Below, one piece after another: positions 28,216 to 37,615 of a stretch of DNA of 64,000 nucleotides. The DNA lies in the NCBI GenBank assembly GCA_039799225.1, contig JBDLTF010000002.1, forward strand, positions 36,552 to 100,551, in the 5' to 3' direction. This DNA is from Candidatus Parcubacteria bacterium (GTDB lineage Bacteria > Patescibacteriota > Minisyncoccia > Phycocordibacterales > PALSA-1337). The position numbers were made by a program, and so were the translations under genes. The stretch's first letter is position 1. Every line of letters starts with the position of its first letter. Below the pieces are notes generated by a model. That model was not told the origin of the DNA. It did not search any database and saw only the letters and a program-made list of their open reading frames with translations.

Positions 28216-28446
28216 ATGAGTAAAACATCAGGAAGCCTGGTGAAAGCATACACGCAGGAACCTGCACCCAATATGCCCAAGTATGTCAAAATAAACGGGA
28301 GATGGAAGCTCTCCAACGATCATCTTGCCAAACATCCTCGTGCAAAACCGATTAGAAGAGAAATCGAAGAACTCAAAAAGCACAAGTGGGCGCAAACACG
28401 CAAAATCCGCCAAGGATTCAGATGTTTTGGACAACAAGGCCGCTAA
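28216..28446 (+). CDS. hypothetical small basic protein (76 aa)
   Basis: ORF track; own promoter, RBS and terminator. Confidence 0.45.
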   Translation: MSKTSGSLVKAYTQEPAPNMPKYVKINGRWKLSNDHLAKHPRAKPIRREIEELKKHKWAQTRKIRQGFRCFGQQGR

Positions 28447-28456
28447 AGACTAAATA

Positions 28457-28495
28457 CCGCGCGCCGCCAAATTCTTGGCGGCGCTTTTACTTTTA
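28457..28495. terminator. bidirectional terminator GCGCCGCCAA-attc-TTGGCGGCGC + T-run
   Basis: perfect 10-bp stem. Confidence 0.65.
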
Positions 28496-30172
28496 TATAT
28501 GTTCGACTTCAGCCGGAGGAACCTTGGCCTTCCAAATCTTGCGATGGAGGGTACGCCAGACTTCTGCGAGCTCATTATTCTTGAGAAGAAGTAGAACGAG
28601 GATACCCACACCGATACCCACGAGACCTGAGCAGAGACCTTGGAGGAAAACTCCCCACACCTTAGTGAGTGGAAACACTACTGCAAATGGACGTAGGCTC
28701 AAGAATGCTGCGTAACCCATGATGACCGATGCTGAGAATGAATGCAGGAGTGTCGACAAAACTGGCTTGGAGAAACCTTTGTATTTCTTCTCAAACATCC
28801 ACCAGTGAAGAATCGTGTTCAGTATGACGCCAATAGAATATGCGAGCGAGAGAACGATAGTACTTGTACCAACCTGACCACTTACCTTGAGAAGATCTTC
28901 GAGGAAGAAGCGGAACACTGGATATGCGAAGAAGAGCTTGGTGAAGACATATCCGAGAACGACTATGACTGTCGCTGATATGACATTGATGAGCAGGGGT
29001 CGCGTTGTCTTCCCTTCAGCGTAGAACGCGCGGATGAAGAGCACAATGAGACTCTGTCCGATCACCGATATCATGAAGATCGCGAGCGACGCAGCAGTGA
29101 GCCTCGTGTCTGCCCAGTCGAAGTTACCAGCACCCAACACCGTACGCACGATTTGTGCACGCAAGACGATGAAGAGCACCATGATTGGTGTTGACCAGAA
29201 GATGATATGACGTGCCGCAGCAATCATCTTCTCGAGGAATTCAGCATGATTACCTGACACATAGAGCCTCGAGAGATCTGGAAATACTGCCGATGAATAG
29301 CTCGCACCAATGATAGTGAGCGGCACTGACTGAAGATTGAATGAGAGACTGAAGACTGCAATCGATCCTTTGGTCATAAGTGACGCGAGCGCAGTCAGAA
29401 AGAATGTTGCAAGCTGGTTGGCGGACATCGTTATGGTACGTGGGAGAGATAAGAGGGCTGCCTTCTTGATACTTGCCCAATCAACCATTCGGGTGAAGCG
29501 TGGCAAGAGACCACTCTCGAGCATGAATGGTATTTGTATCGCCATATGGAAGAGCGCTCCGAGAGCCACACCGATCGCAAGACCTGCGATGCCGAACATT
29601 GGATACAGGACGACTACACCAACAATAATGCTCGCGTTGTAGAAGAGTGGACTAGCCGCATAGACGAGGAAGCGGCGGTGCATCTGGGTCAAGCTCGAAT
29701 ACAGGTTGGACAGACCAAGAAGGAACGGCGACAAGAGCATGATGCGTGACGAGAGGATGAGATCAGACAGTGATGGATCATCAGCAAATCCAGGTAGGAG
29801 GAGCGGTATGAGTTTGGGGACCAAGAAGTATGCGACTACACTCGAGATCACCATAGCTCCGAAGAATACAGTGAAGATCGAGTCGGAGAATTTCTTGCCC
29901 TCATCTGCACCCTTCTCGAATCTATCGACGAAGAATGGGAGCAATATAGATGCGGACACAAGTGAGCCTATCGAGACGAATATGAGATCAGGAATCCTGA
30001 ATGCCGCATAGTATACATCCAGTGCATGGTCAGCTCCGAAACTATATGCAAGAAGCTTGTCGCGTACGAGGCCAAGTATTTGGGACAAGAGTGCAAATCC
30101 AGCAAGAAGATACGCCGCCTCATGTAGGCCGCGTATTTCCCTTCCGATGGCTGAAAACCACTTTTTAACCAT
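28493..30172 (-). CDS. murJ: lipid II flippase MurJ
   Basis: ORF track; MviN/MurJ 14-TM pattern with N-terminal RDxLLAxxFG. Confidence 0.85.
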   Translation of the reverse strand: MVKKWFSAIGREIRGLHEAAYLLAGFALLSQILGLVRDKLLAYSFGADHALDVYYAAFRIPDLIFVSIGSLVSASILLPFFVDRFEKGADEGKKFSDSIFTVFFGAMVISSVVAYFLVPKLIPLLLPGFADDPSLSDLILSSRIMLLSPFLLGLSNLYSSLTQMHRRFLVYAASPLFYNASIIVGVVVLYPMFGIAGLAIGVALGALFHMAIQIPFMLESGLLPRFTRMVDWASIKKAALLSLPRTITMSANQLATFFLTALASLMTKGSIAVFSLSFNLQSVPLTIIGASYSSAVFPDLSRLYVSGNHAEFLEKMIAAARHIIFWSTPIMVLFIVLRAQIVRTVLGAGNFDWADTRLTAASLAIFMISVIGQSLIVLFIRAFYAEGKTTRPLLINVISATVIVVLGYVFTKLFFAYPVFRFFLEDLLKVSGQVGTSTIVLSLAYSIGVILNTILHWWMFEKKYKGFSKPVLSTLLHSFSASVIMGYAAFLSLRPFAVVFPLTKVWGVFLQGLCSGLVGIGVGILVLLLLKNNELAEVWRTLHRKIWKAKVPPAEVEHI

Positions 30173-30181
30173 GTCGAGCTA

Positions 30182-32608
30182 CTAGTTGTTGTTCTCCTTT
30201 ATTGGGAGAGCTGAACGCTTCTCTGGAGCAGGAGTTACCGGCGGCTTAGCATCCGCGAATGGAGACTTGCCCGCGAGCAAGTTGCCGAGAATAAGATTCA
30301 CTTCTTCATTCTCTGGGTTCGCCTTGGCGAGGCTCTCGAACTGAGCTATAGCATTCTCTGTGTCTCCAATGCGAGCATACGAGAGACCAAGGAAGTACTG
30401 AGCATTCGCATAATCAGCCTGGAGCTTGACCGCAGTCTCGAGCGACTTGGTCGCACCCTGATAATCCTTGTTCGTGTACTGCAAGAGACCAAGCTGGAAG
30501 AAGAGTACTGGGCTCTGGGGATTTATCTCTGTACCGACCTGTGCCGCGATGATAGCGTCCTTCAAATTTCCTTGTGCAGCGGTAATCTGTGAGAGAAGGA
30601 ATATAGCATCGAGATAGTTGTTCTTGACTTGAATAGAAGCACCGACACTCTTCAACGCATCATCAAGCTTATTCTCAGATGCTTGGAGTTGAGCGAGGTT
30701 GAGATAGAGGGTTGGGTTGAGTGGATTGAGCTTGATAGCCTCAACGTATGCCTTGACCGCATTGTCATATGCTCCGCTCATCTTGATGTTCGACGCGAGC
30801 TCGAAGACACGAGCTGACGATATGTGGTTGTAATAGTATGCCCCATCAGACGCAATCGCTTCCTGAGCAAATCCAGCGGATGCATTCACGACTGAGTTGA
30901 TCTCCTCGATGATTGCTTGCGTGGTAGTTCCTGTTGGCAAAGCATTGGCTTGTGAGATGAGCTGGTTGGATCGTGCGATTCCTGCTTCGACGCGTGCGCG
31001 CAAATAGCTATCCAGAGGATTGAGGCGCTGTGCCGTCCTGAATGCAGCATCAGCTGCGAGTGCATCACCGGTAGAATTCAATGCTTTGACTCCTGAACCG
31101 AAGTAAGCCAACGCGACTGCGTTCTTCACAGATACTGCTCCCCAGATAATCATGAGAGCAACTGCAGCGACGAGGGCTGTGCTGAACAACGGCCTCGAGC
31201 GAGTGCCTACGCGTGGCGAAACAGCATACACAGAAGCTATATTTGCATTGACGACTGACCCGACCGCAATTGCGGTGAGTACATAGGTGAAATACAGCAT
31301 AGCGTGTGAAGGAACCGACACGAATGAAACGATCCAAAGATATGTTGCACCGAATGTCGAAGAAACAACTGCGAAGCGAGCATACGGATCTGAAGGAAGT
31401 CTCATCAATGCGCGAACGAGAGCTATAGCGAGGAAGATGAGGAATGCAATCCACGCTATGACACCGACAACTCCCTGAGACACTACTGATGTTGCAACAA
31501 GGCTGAATGCATAATTGAACTCAGCGCTCCATGCCAACGTATTGTTGATATATGACGGCCTGTAGGCGATGTATGCCTTATTGAATTGATTTGGTCCGAT
31601 ACCGAGCAATGGGCGGTCCTTTATAGCTCCAGCTGCGACATCCAGACTGGTCTGCCATGGCAGTGTCAGTGATGTATATTCAATGCCCATACGATCAATT
31701 GTAGGACCGACGACGGTAGTTCCTTTCCAGAAGAAGAATCCTGAAACGACTGCCGCTATGAGTGGAAGCCATGCGAGACCCTTGAAGAAACTAATAAATC
31801 CGCTACCTGGGTAATTTCGCACAGTCATATAGAGCGTGGCGACAGTGAAAACGAGAGTCAAAGAAATCCAAACCATCGTGCTGTTCACGAAGATTGCGAC
31901 TACAAAAGCTGCTACTAGGAGTGCAGAGTAGACCATCTTCATGCGGCGTGAGAGCGGCAAAAGCATGAGTGCGGCAACAACGATAACTCCTATGACTCCT
32001 GCGTATGTAGCAAAATCAAACCATGTTCCAAGAATGGTACTGGTCGATGTAGAGAGTATACCGAGCTTCGCGAAGGTTGGGCCGAAGGCGAGGCGAAGTC
32101 CATGGAATACGGTCAATCCCAAGAATGCTGCAATCATCGCAACGTACAATGTAGTGACACGCTCTATCTTCTCGCGAATAGAAGCGAACACAACAAGAGC
32201 AGCAACGAACATAAGGATAGAGAAGCTTCCCGTAGCCAGCTCAAATCCTTGTCCGAAGAATGATTTTCCCGCATGTATACCCATGGCAGACGAAAGTACA
32301 ATCGAAACAATAACCGCTACACCTGACCAGAATACACCTCGTGGTGGAAGAGATATTCCTCGCTTCTGATATGCCATTACTCCATAGAGAATAGCGGAGA
32401 TGATGGTTCCCAGAGTGATGACTGCTGTCTTCACCGAATCGAGCGCTATATACGGAGTCGGCAAGAATGAGAGTGGTGCCAGAATAATAGTTGCGAGAAG
32501 TATATAGAAGGCCCATGACTCAAGCCCTCCTGATGATTTCGTAGTCTCAGTATAGTCATCCTGTGACTGAGGTGTTTGATCGATTATGTACTCTGTGGTG
32601 ATTGACAT
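30182..32608 (-). CDS. O-antigen ligase-like polytopic membrane protein with C-terminal TPR repeats
   Basis: ORF track; ~12 TM helices then repeated TPR-like A..Y..G..A motifs. Confidence 0.65.
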   Translation of the reverse strand: MSITTEYIIDQTPQSQDDYTETTKSSGGLESWAFYILLATIILAPLSFLPTPYIALDSVKTAVITLGTIISAILYGVMAYQKRGISLPPRGVFWSGVAVIVSIVLSSAMGIHAGKSFFGQGFELATGSFSILMFVAALVVFASIREKIERVTTLYVAMIAAFLGLTVFHGLRLAFGPTFAKLGILSTSTSTILGTWFDFATYAGVIGVIVVAALMLLPLSRRMKMVYSALLVAAFVVAIFVNSTMVWISLTLVFTVATLYMTVRNYPGSGFISFFKGLAWLPLIAAVVSGFFFWKGTTVVGPTIDRMGIEYTSLTLPWQTSLDVAAGAIKDRPLLGIGPNQFNKAYIAYRPSYINNTLAWSAEFNYAFSLVATSVVSQGVVGVIAWIAFLIFLAIALVRALMRLPSDPYARFAVVSSTFGATYLWIVSFVSVPSHAMLYFTYVLTAIAVGSVVNANIASVYAVSPRVGTRSRPLFSTALVAAVALMIIWGAVSVKNAVALAYFGSGVKALNSTGDALAADAAFRTAQRLNPLDSYLRARVEAGIARSNQLISQANALPTGTTTQAIIEEINSVVNASAGFAQEAIASDGAYYYNHISSARVFELASNIKMSGAYDNAVKAYVEAIKLNPLNPTLYLNLAQLQASENKLDDALKSVGASIQVKNNYLDAIFLLSQITAAQGNLKDAIIAAQVGTEINPQSPVLFFQLGLLQYTNKDYQGATKSLETAVKLQADYANAQYFLGLSYARIGDTENAIAQFESLAKANPENEEVNLILGNLLAGKSPFADAKPPVTPAPEKRSALPIKENNN

Positions 32609-32684
32609 GGTAAACGGGATTTATAGTAATAACCACTATTGTAGCAATAGTATCCCGAATATCAAATGTGAATTTCTAATGCGA

Positions 32685-32714
32685 AAATGCCCCCGGTTTC
32701 CCGAGGGCATTTCC
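32685..32714 (-). terminator. terminator hairpin (AAATGCCC...GGGCATTT) following rnpB
   Basis: 8-bp stem + T-run on minus strand. Confidence 0.5.
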
Positions 32715-32727
32715 ATTGTGGCCGTAC

Positions 32728-33066
32728 CATAAGCCGAATTCTGTTTAAACAACCATTTATCTGGGATGTGCATCACTGCACACCTCGAGCGACTCTTCCG
32801 TCTTGCGACGGACACGGTCTTGCACTGACGTAAGGGTTTTGCCGTTGCACCCTCATGTTGCCATGAGATTCATCCTCTTGCGAGGAGCCTCTACCTTTCG
32901 GCTCGGGCGTCACTGTTCGCACCTCTGGGTATTACCCTGACAGGAATTACCTGCTACGCGCTGCATTATGAGAGCAATTGCTCATTCCCACAATGCCAGT
33001 GTTCGGACTTTCCTCTCCATAAAGCTCAATTAAGAGCCAAATAGAGCAGTTGTTTGGTACAGCTAG
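32728..33066 (-). ncRNA. rnpB: RNase P RNA (type A, compact)
   Basis: Minus strand carries GGAAAGTCCGAAC (complement of 33005-33013) and ACAGAATTCGGCTTATGG (complement of 32737-32754) matching universal P4 strands; putative P1 CTGTACC/GGTACGG. Confidence 0.7.
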
Positions 33067-33163
33067 ATACTATTATATCATAATAGACGGTATTTGACAA
33101 GTACCCTTCTGTGTCGTATGATGCCTTTCAGACAACTCGAAACCCTCGAAATTACACGTACTT

Positions 33164-33379
33164 ATGGAAGCTCTTTACCAGAAAACCTTCGTGGCTGGCC
33201 TATGTCTGCTCGGACTTGCTCTCCTATTCTTTGCAGCATATGTCATCTTCAGCTCAAAGATGTACAGCAACAAACGTCGCAAACATGCGTCGAAAATCTT
33301 GCTCATCCTTGCGGCGGCGTTCTGCCTCACCGGATGCGTCACTCTTATAACGTTCCTTATTTCGAAAATGTCCCTCTGA
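33164..33379 (+). CDS. hypothetical 2-TM small membrane protein (71 aa)
   Basis: ORF track; followed by strong terminator. Confidence 0.3.
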   Translation: MEALYQKTFVAGLCLLGLALLFFAAYVIFSSKMYSNKRRKHASKILLILAAAFCLTGCVTLITFLISKMSL

Positions 33380-33397
33380 ATCGGACATCTCTCACAC

Positions 33398-33431
33398 AAA
33401 ACCGCTCCCCTTTCGGAGAGCGGTTTTTTTA
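33398..33431. terminator. bidirectional terminator (AAACCGCTCCCC-tttc-GGAGAGCGGTTT)
   Basis: long stem + T7. Confidence 0.65.
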
Positions 33432-33450
33432 TTTTCTAGGAATATCTCAC

Positions 33451-35775
33451 CTAAACAATCTCACAAACTCCTGAGACACAAGCGAGCTCCTTTTTGAGGT
33501 CGGTCTCATTCTGCTTCTCATACGTAGTGATCTTCGAATAGTCGACATGCTCAAGCTTCTTGGAGAGCTCCTTGTAAGTCTTCTCATCGATAGATTCATA
33601 CGGAGCGAGCTTGTAGACGGTATTCTCGCGTGGCAAGAATGAAAGACCTCCAACCATATCCCAATTGTTGTAGACCCAGTTTGCAACTGCGATCCACTCG
33701 TTGTCTCCGATAGAGATGGTCACTGATGGATTGTGCTCAGTGAAGTTCTCTTTGACCATCTTCCAATATTCGAGCTGTTCGATAGCGGAGAGATCATCGC
33801 GGAAGATAGAGCCTGATGGAGCTTTGACTGGGAATTCGAGAACGTAGGTAGTCGCATTCTCCTCAGTCTGACCAACTTCGGGGAAATATGGAACTCCCTG
33901 ATCCTTGAGCATCCTGAAGAGTGCATCGGTTGCAGCAATGCGGATGCGGCGGATGTAGAACTTGGAGTGACGTGGGTGCATACCAGATGAACAGTCGACA
34001 GTCTGAGAAAGAGTTCCTGACGGCTTCACACAAGTGATAGCGGTCGACTCACTGATACCAAATCTCTTGGCATATTCCTTGTTGACGCGGATAGCCTCGG
34101 CCTTGAGCTTCCTCATAACTTCTGGCTTGCGAACAGCTGGACTATCCCACTGACCAGTGATGGACACACCGAGCAAACGCTCACGATCACAGTGCTCTTT
34201 CCATTCCTTGGAAAGATACGGGAAGTTGGTAAGTGAAGACTGGTACGTTCCGAGAATGGTAGCGATGCGAATCTTCTTGAGGAGAGTCTTCTCAGTATCT
34301 TCAGCGCGAGCAACAATCTCAGAGAGGTTACAGAACTGTTTGGACTGGAGGATGATTTCGCCACATGGATTGGTTCCCATAGGACCGACGATGTGCTGTC
34401 CAGTAGCGTCGAAGTAGCCCTTATACTCCTTCAGGGCCTTGATACGGCGCTCAGGGAGGGTCTTAGCCAATGAACCACGGTTGAAGATACCACGCTCACC
34501 AGAACGGCTCTCTACGAGGGCCATCCACTCCTTGAGGAACTCCTCATTGGTCGGCTTGTTGATATAAACAGCGGAATTGTTAGCGAGCATACGGTGCGGA
34601 TGAGTCATGTAGAAGGCACCCTTCTTTGCATCGCGAATATGATCATCAGCAAGATCTGAAAGTGAAATCATAGCGCTTCTGCGGACACCACCAGCAACCA
34701 CACAGTCTCCGATCATACAGATAATATCGTGGAGATCGATCGGGCGGAGACGCTTGCCTTGGCGTGAGAGCATAATCTGGCGAGTGAACGTATGGAGTCT
34801 CTGGAGAGGAGCAGGACCTGATGCCTTACCTCCCATAACCTTGAGACGAGCTCCCTCGGGACGAACCTGGGAATAATCGAATTCAATATCCTTACCTGCT
34901 GCCCATGCCTTCATACCGACAGTGAGAGAATCTGACCATCCTTCCTTGTGGTCAGGAATGACGTGCGTCGGGAGCTTCTCACCAGACTGCATGATGATTT
35001 GTGGGAACTTCTCAACATTGGTCGGCTCGACTGCCCAACCTGCGCCGGTACCGCACATAGAGATGTACATGATTTCGGCGAGATCTTGGAATGATTCTGG
35101 AGCAATGAATGAACAGTTGTATGCACAGACATTGGTGACGCGAGCTGCCTTACCAGAGAATTGGAAGAGACGCATGGATGGCATAGCTTCCTGCTTGATG
35201 ATTGATTCACGAATTTCCTTGTACTCAGCATCCTTGAGCTTCGATCCGAGATTTTCTTTCATGAAATCCATGTAGCGACCGACTGTCTCAACATAAGTTT
35301 CGCGACGATTCTCAGCTTCGATCCAACGAGAGTAGGATCGATAGTAGACAAGCTCTCCGAGAGCAGTCCTGAATGACTTCTTGGACTCGGTAGCGAGCTT
35401 GCGGACATGCTCAGGCACCTCAAATCCGACCGCACGGAGCTTGGCACGCTCCTCGCGGTAGATAACATAGTGCTTCGCAGTCTTCACATAGTCTGAGCGC
35501 ATGAGCTCAGCCTCGACGATGTCTTGGACACCTTCGACAGTTGGAAGAAAATTAGCAAACTTCCTTTTTATGCGGATGAGTTCGGACAAAACTTGTTGTC
35601 CAACCATCTGCGCGTCTTCGAGAGTTCCCTCTTTGACGGTATTCATTCCTTTCCAGATTGCCGCAGCAATCTTTTCAAGATCGAACGGTACGATCCTTCC
35701 GTCTCGCTTTATAATCGTTGGGATAGAGACGGCCTTAGCCGACCCCTTTGACGCGGTTTTTTGTTTCTTGGGCAT
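33451..35775 (-). CDS. nrdJ: class II (adenosylcobalamin-dependent) ribonucleotide reductase with N-terminal ATP-cone
   Basis: ORF track; ATP-cone (VIKRDGRIVPFD), NPCGEI active-site motif, length. Confidence 0.9.
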   Translation of the reverse strand: MPKKQKTASKGSAKAVSIPTIIKRDGRIVPFDLEKIAAAIWKGMNTVKEGTLEDAQMVGQQVLSELIRIKRKFANFLPTVEGVQDIVEAELMRSDYVKTAKHYVIYREERAKLRAVGFEVPEHVRKLATESKKSFRTALGELVYYRSYSRWIEAENRRETYVETVGRYMDFMKENLGSKLKDAEYKEIRESIIKQEAMPSMRLFQFSGKAARVTNVCAYNCSFIAPESFQDLAEIMYISMCGTGAGWAVEPTNVEKFPQIIMQSGEKLPTHVIPDHKEGWSDSLTVGMKAWAAGKDIEFDYSQVRPEGARLKVMGGKASGPAPLQRLHTFTRQIMLSRQGKRLRPIDLHDIICMIGDCVVAGGVRRSAMISLSDLADDHIRDAKKGAFYMTHPHRMLANNSAVYINKPTNEEFLKEWMALVESRSGERGIFNRGSLAKTLPERRIKALKEYKGYFDATGQHIVGPMGTNPCGEIILQSKQFCNLSEIVARAEDTEKTLLKKIRIATILGTYQSSLTNFPYLSKEWKEHCDRERLLGVSITGQWDSPAVRKPEVMRKLKAEAIRVNKEYAKRFGISESTAITCVKPSGTLSQTVDCSSGMHPRHSKFYIRRIRIAATDALFRMLKDQGVPYFPEVGQTEENATTYVLEFPVKAPSGSIFRDDLSAIEQLEYWKMVKENFTEHNPSVTISIGDNEWIAVANWVYNNWDMVGGLSFLPRENTVYKLAPYESIDEKTYKELSKKLEHVDYSKITTYEKQNETDLKKELACVSGVCEIV

Positions 35776-35783
35776 ATTTTTAA

Positions 35784-35802
35784 TGACAGCTCTCGCCTGT
35801 CA
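35784..35802. promoter_or_regulatory. perfect inverted repeat TGACAG-n7-CTGTCA 9 nt upstream of nrdJ start codon
   Basis: read directly. Confidence 0.3.
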
Positions 35803-35915
35803 CCACACTAATTAATAAACACTTCTTTAATGCCATTGTAACGCCGACTTGCATAGAAAAAAAGATGTGGATAGCGAGTTAGAGCACATAACTTTTTCTT
35901 ATTCAAACAGTGTTG

Positions 35916-36527
35916 TTAAAAGGAGACTGTACTGCCCGCTTTTAGGCCAAATTTTTCTGCAGATCCGGCAGGGACCTCAAGAACGAATTGCACTTCTGAG
36001 GTCGGTCCGAAGGTCTCGGGGTAGGTTTCTGGTGAAATATTCTCTGTAACACCGATGACTCGACGATTAGAAGATACCCAAACAATGTCGATCGCAAAAT
36101 TCATATCTTTCATCCAAAATGCATAGGCTCCCGGCTCTGGAAAGATAAATAACATGCCCTCATCGGTATCAAAAGATGGTGTACCACTCAATCCTCGTTC
36201 GCGTGTGCTTGGTGTTCGTGCAACATGCGAGTAGATAATTCCTTTTGGCGCGTTGAATTTCTTCAACGACTCTTTGTCTGTGCGAGAAATTGGTGTCGAA
36301 GTTGATTGATTGCCACCAAAAAACTGAGTAGCATCAGTTGGTGATGCAGAAAGATTGCTGACCGGTATAGTAGATGATGCAAATATCCCTTTATCGGCAA
36401 TATACTCTTCGAGTGGCAGTATATTCTTGGAAACAATCCCTTGCTGGGCAAGATACATAAGGACGAAACCGCTCGCAATGATGACGACTGTCCATGAAAT
36501 TACGGAAATTGTCCGAGGTGTAGCCAT
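35916..36527 (-). CDS. DUF192-domain protein with N-terminal TM
   Basis: ORF track; C-terminal GMLFIFPEP...AIDIVWV... matches DUF192 pattern. Confidence 0.6.
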   Translation of the reverse strand: MATPRTISVISWTVVIIASGFVLMYLAQQGIVSKNILPLEEYIADKGIFASSTIPVSNLSASPTDATQFFGGNQSTSTPISRTDKESLKKFNAPKGIIYSHVARTPSTRERGLSGTPSFDTDEGMLFIFPEPGAYAFWMKDMNFAIDIVWVSSNRRVIGVTENISPETYPETFGPTSEVQFVLEVPAGSAEKFGLKAGSTVSF

Positions 36528-36567
36528 GTGATAGCATTCTAGCATACAAGCTTAACCATTTTTATTT

Positions 36568-36981
36568 ATGGAAACCGCATCAATCTGGCCCGTGATCGTC
36601 GCATCGATTGCCGCATTCGCGATCGGCGCAGTCTGGTACTCACCTCTCCTCTTCGGCAAAGAGTGGATGGCGCTCGTCGGTGCTACCGAGAAGGACGTAG
36701 CCGAGGCTAAAGCAAAAGGTATGACCAAGTCATACATCGCTCAGCTCGTCATAACCTTTATCACCTTCATCGTGATGCACTTCGCGATCTCAGCTATCGG
36801 CGCACGCACTACTCTCGATGGTGCATTCATCGCACTCGTCGCATGGGTCGGCTTCGCTGTTCCGAATGCTGTAGGAGGAATGCTCTGGGAGAAGAAATCT
36901 TTCAAGTATGCACTCATCACTTCTATCTCAGTACTTCTCTGCTGGGTTGTCGGCGGAGCCATCATCGCTGGGTGGAACTAA
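36568..36981 (+). CDS. DUF1761-family membrane protein
   Basis: ORF track; 4-TM pattern with W...GG motif. Confidence 0.55.
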   Translation: METASIWPVIVASIAAFAIGAVWYSPLLFGKEWMALVGATEKDVAEAKAKGMTKSYIAQLVITFITFIVMHFAISAIGARTTLDGAFIALVAWVGFAVPNAVGGMLWEKKSFKYALITSISVLLCWVVGGAIIAGWN

Positions 36982-36984
36982 GTA

Positions 36985-37117
36985 GCCATCGCCGGAGAAG
37001 ACATTTCTCCCGAGATACATTCGCAGGAAATTTCTAGCAAGAAATTTTCGAGGACTAGAAAACCCGCTGCAGCGGGTTTTCGCGTATCTCGGGAGAAATG
37101 TCTTCTCCGGCGATGGC
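36985..37117. repeat. 34-bp perfect inverted repeat (36985-37018 / 37084-37117) enclosing a palindromic terminator AAAACCCGC-tgca-GCGGGTTTT
   Basis: Arms identical over 34 nt as reverse complements; fills the gap between convergent stop codons. Confidence 0.8.
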
Positions 37118-37122
37118 GTACT

Positions 37123-37530
37123 CTAGAGTATAGGAGCGCTCTGAACCTTCTTCTTGAGTGCGTACTTACCAGGACCAGTAGCAACTACAGCAAGAGCGAT
37201 GAGGAAGAGAACAATAACTGGCTGGGATGCAGCGAAGCCCTGCTGCATATGGACCGTGAAATACGCGGTTGCCATGATAATAGCGAGACCAACACCGAAG
37301 AAACGAGTGTATATACCGAGGAGCATAGCGACACCTCCAAGGGTCTCAACGATAGCAACGATCCAGGTAAGCCATGCGGGGATGCCTATGACTGCGAAGA
37401 ATCCGATAATATCATTTATCACCATAAGCTTGGCAACGCCAGCGAAGATGAATACTGTTGCAAGGGCGATGCGAACGAGCAGGATTCCGGCATCTTTGTT
37501 AAACCAAGATGGGTTATTTATGATTTTCAT
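37123..37530 (-). CDS. DoxX-family membrane protein
   Basis: ORF track; DoxX 4-TM pattern. Confidence 0.7.
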   Translation of the reverse strand: MKIINNPSWFNKDAGILLVRIALATVFIFAGVAKLMVINDIIGFFAVIGIPAWLTWIVAIVETLGGVAMLLGIYTRFFGVGLAIIMATAYFTVHMQQGFAASQPVIVLFLIALAVVATGPGKYALKKKVQSAPIL

Positions 37531-37615
37531 ACCTATGAATATATTAATACGCTGTTAAAGTAGTACCATTCTACATTTCTGCCTTACAAAAAGCCAACTC
37601 CGCAGGAAAAACTGT

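Noticed and set aside
35776-35915. Cobalamin riboswitch upstream of nrdJ
   Set aside because: B12 riboswitches repress B12-independent RNR and transport genes, not the B12-dependent enzyme. The leader is short with no B12-box-like sequence.
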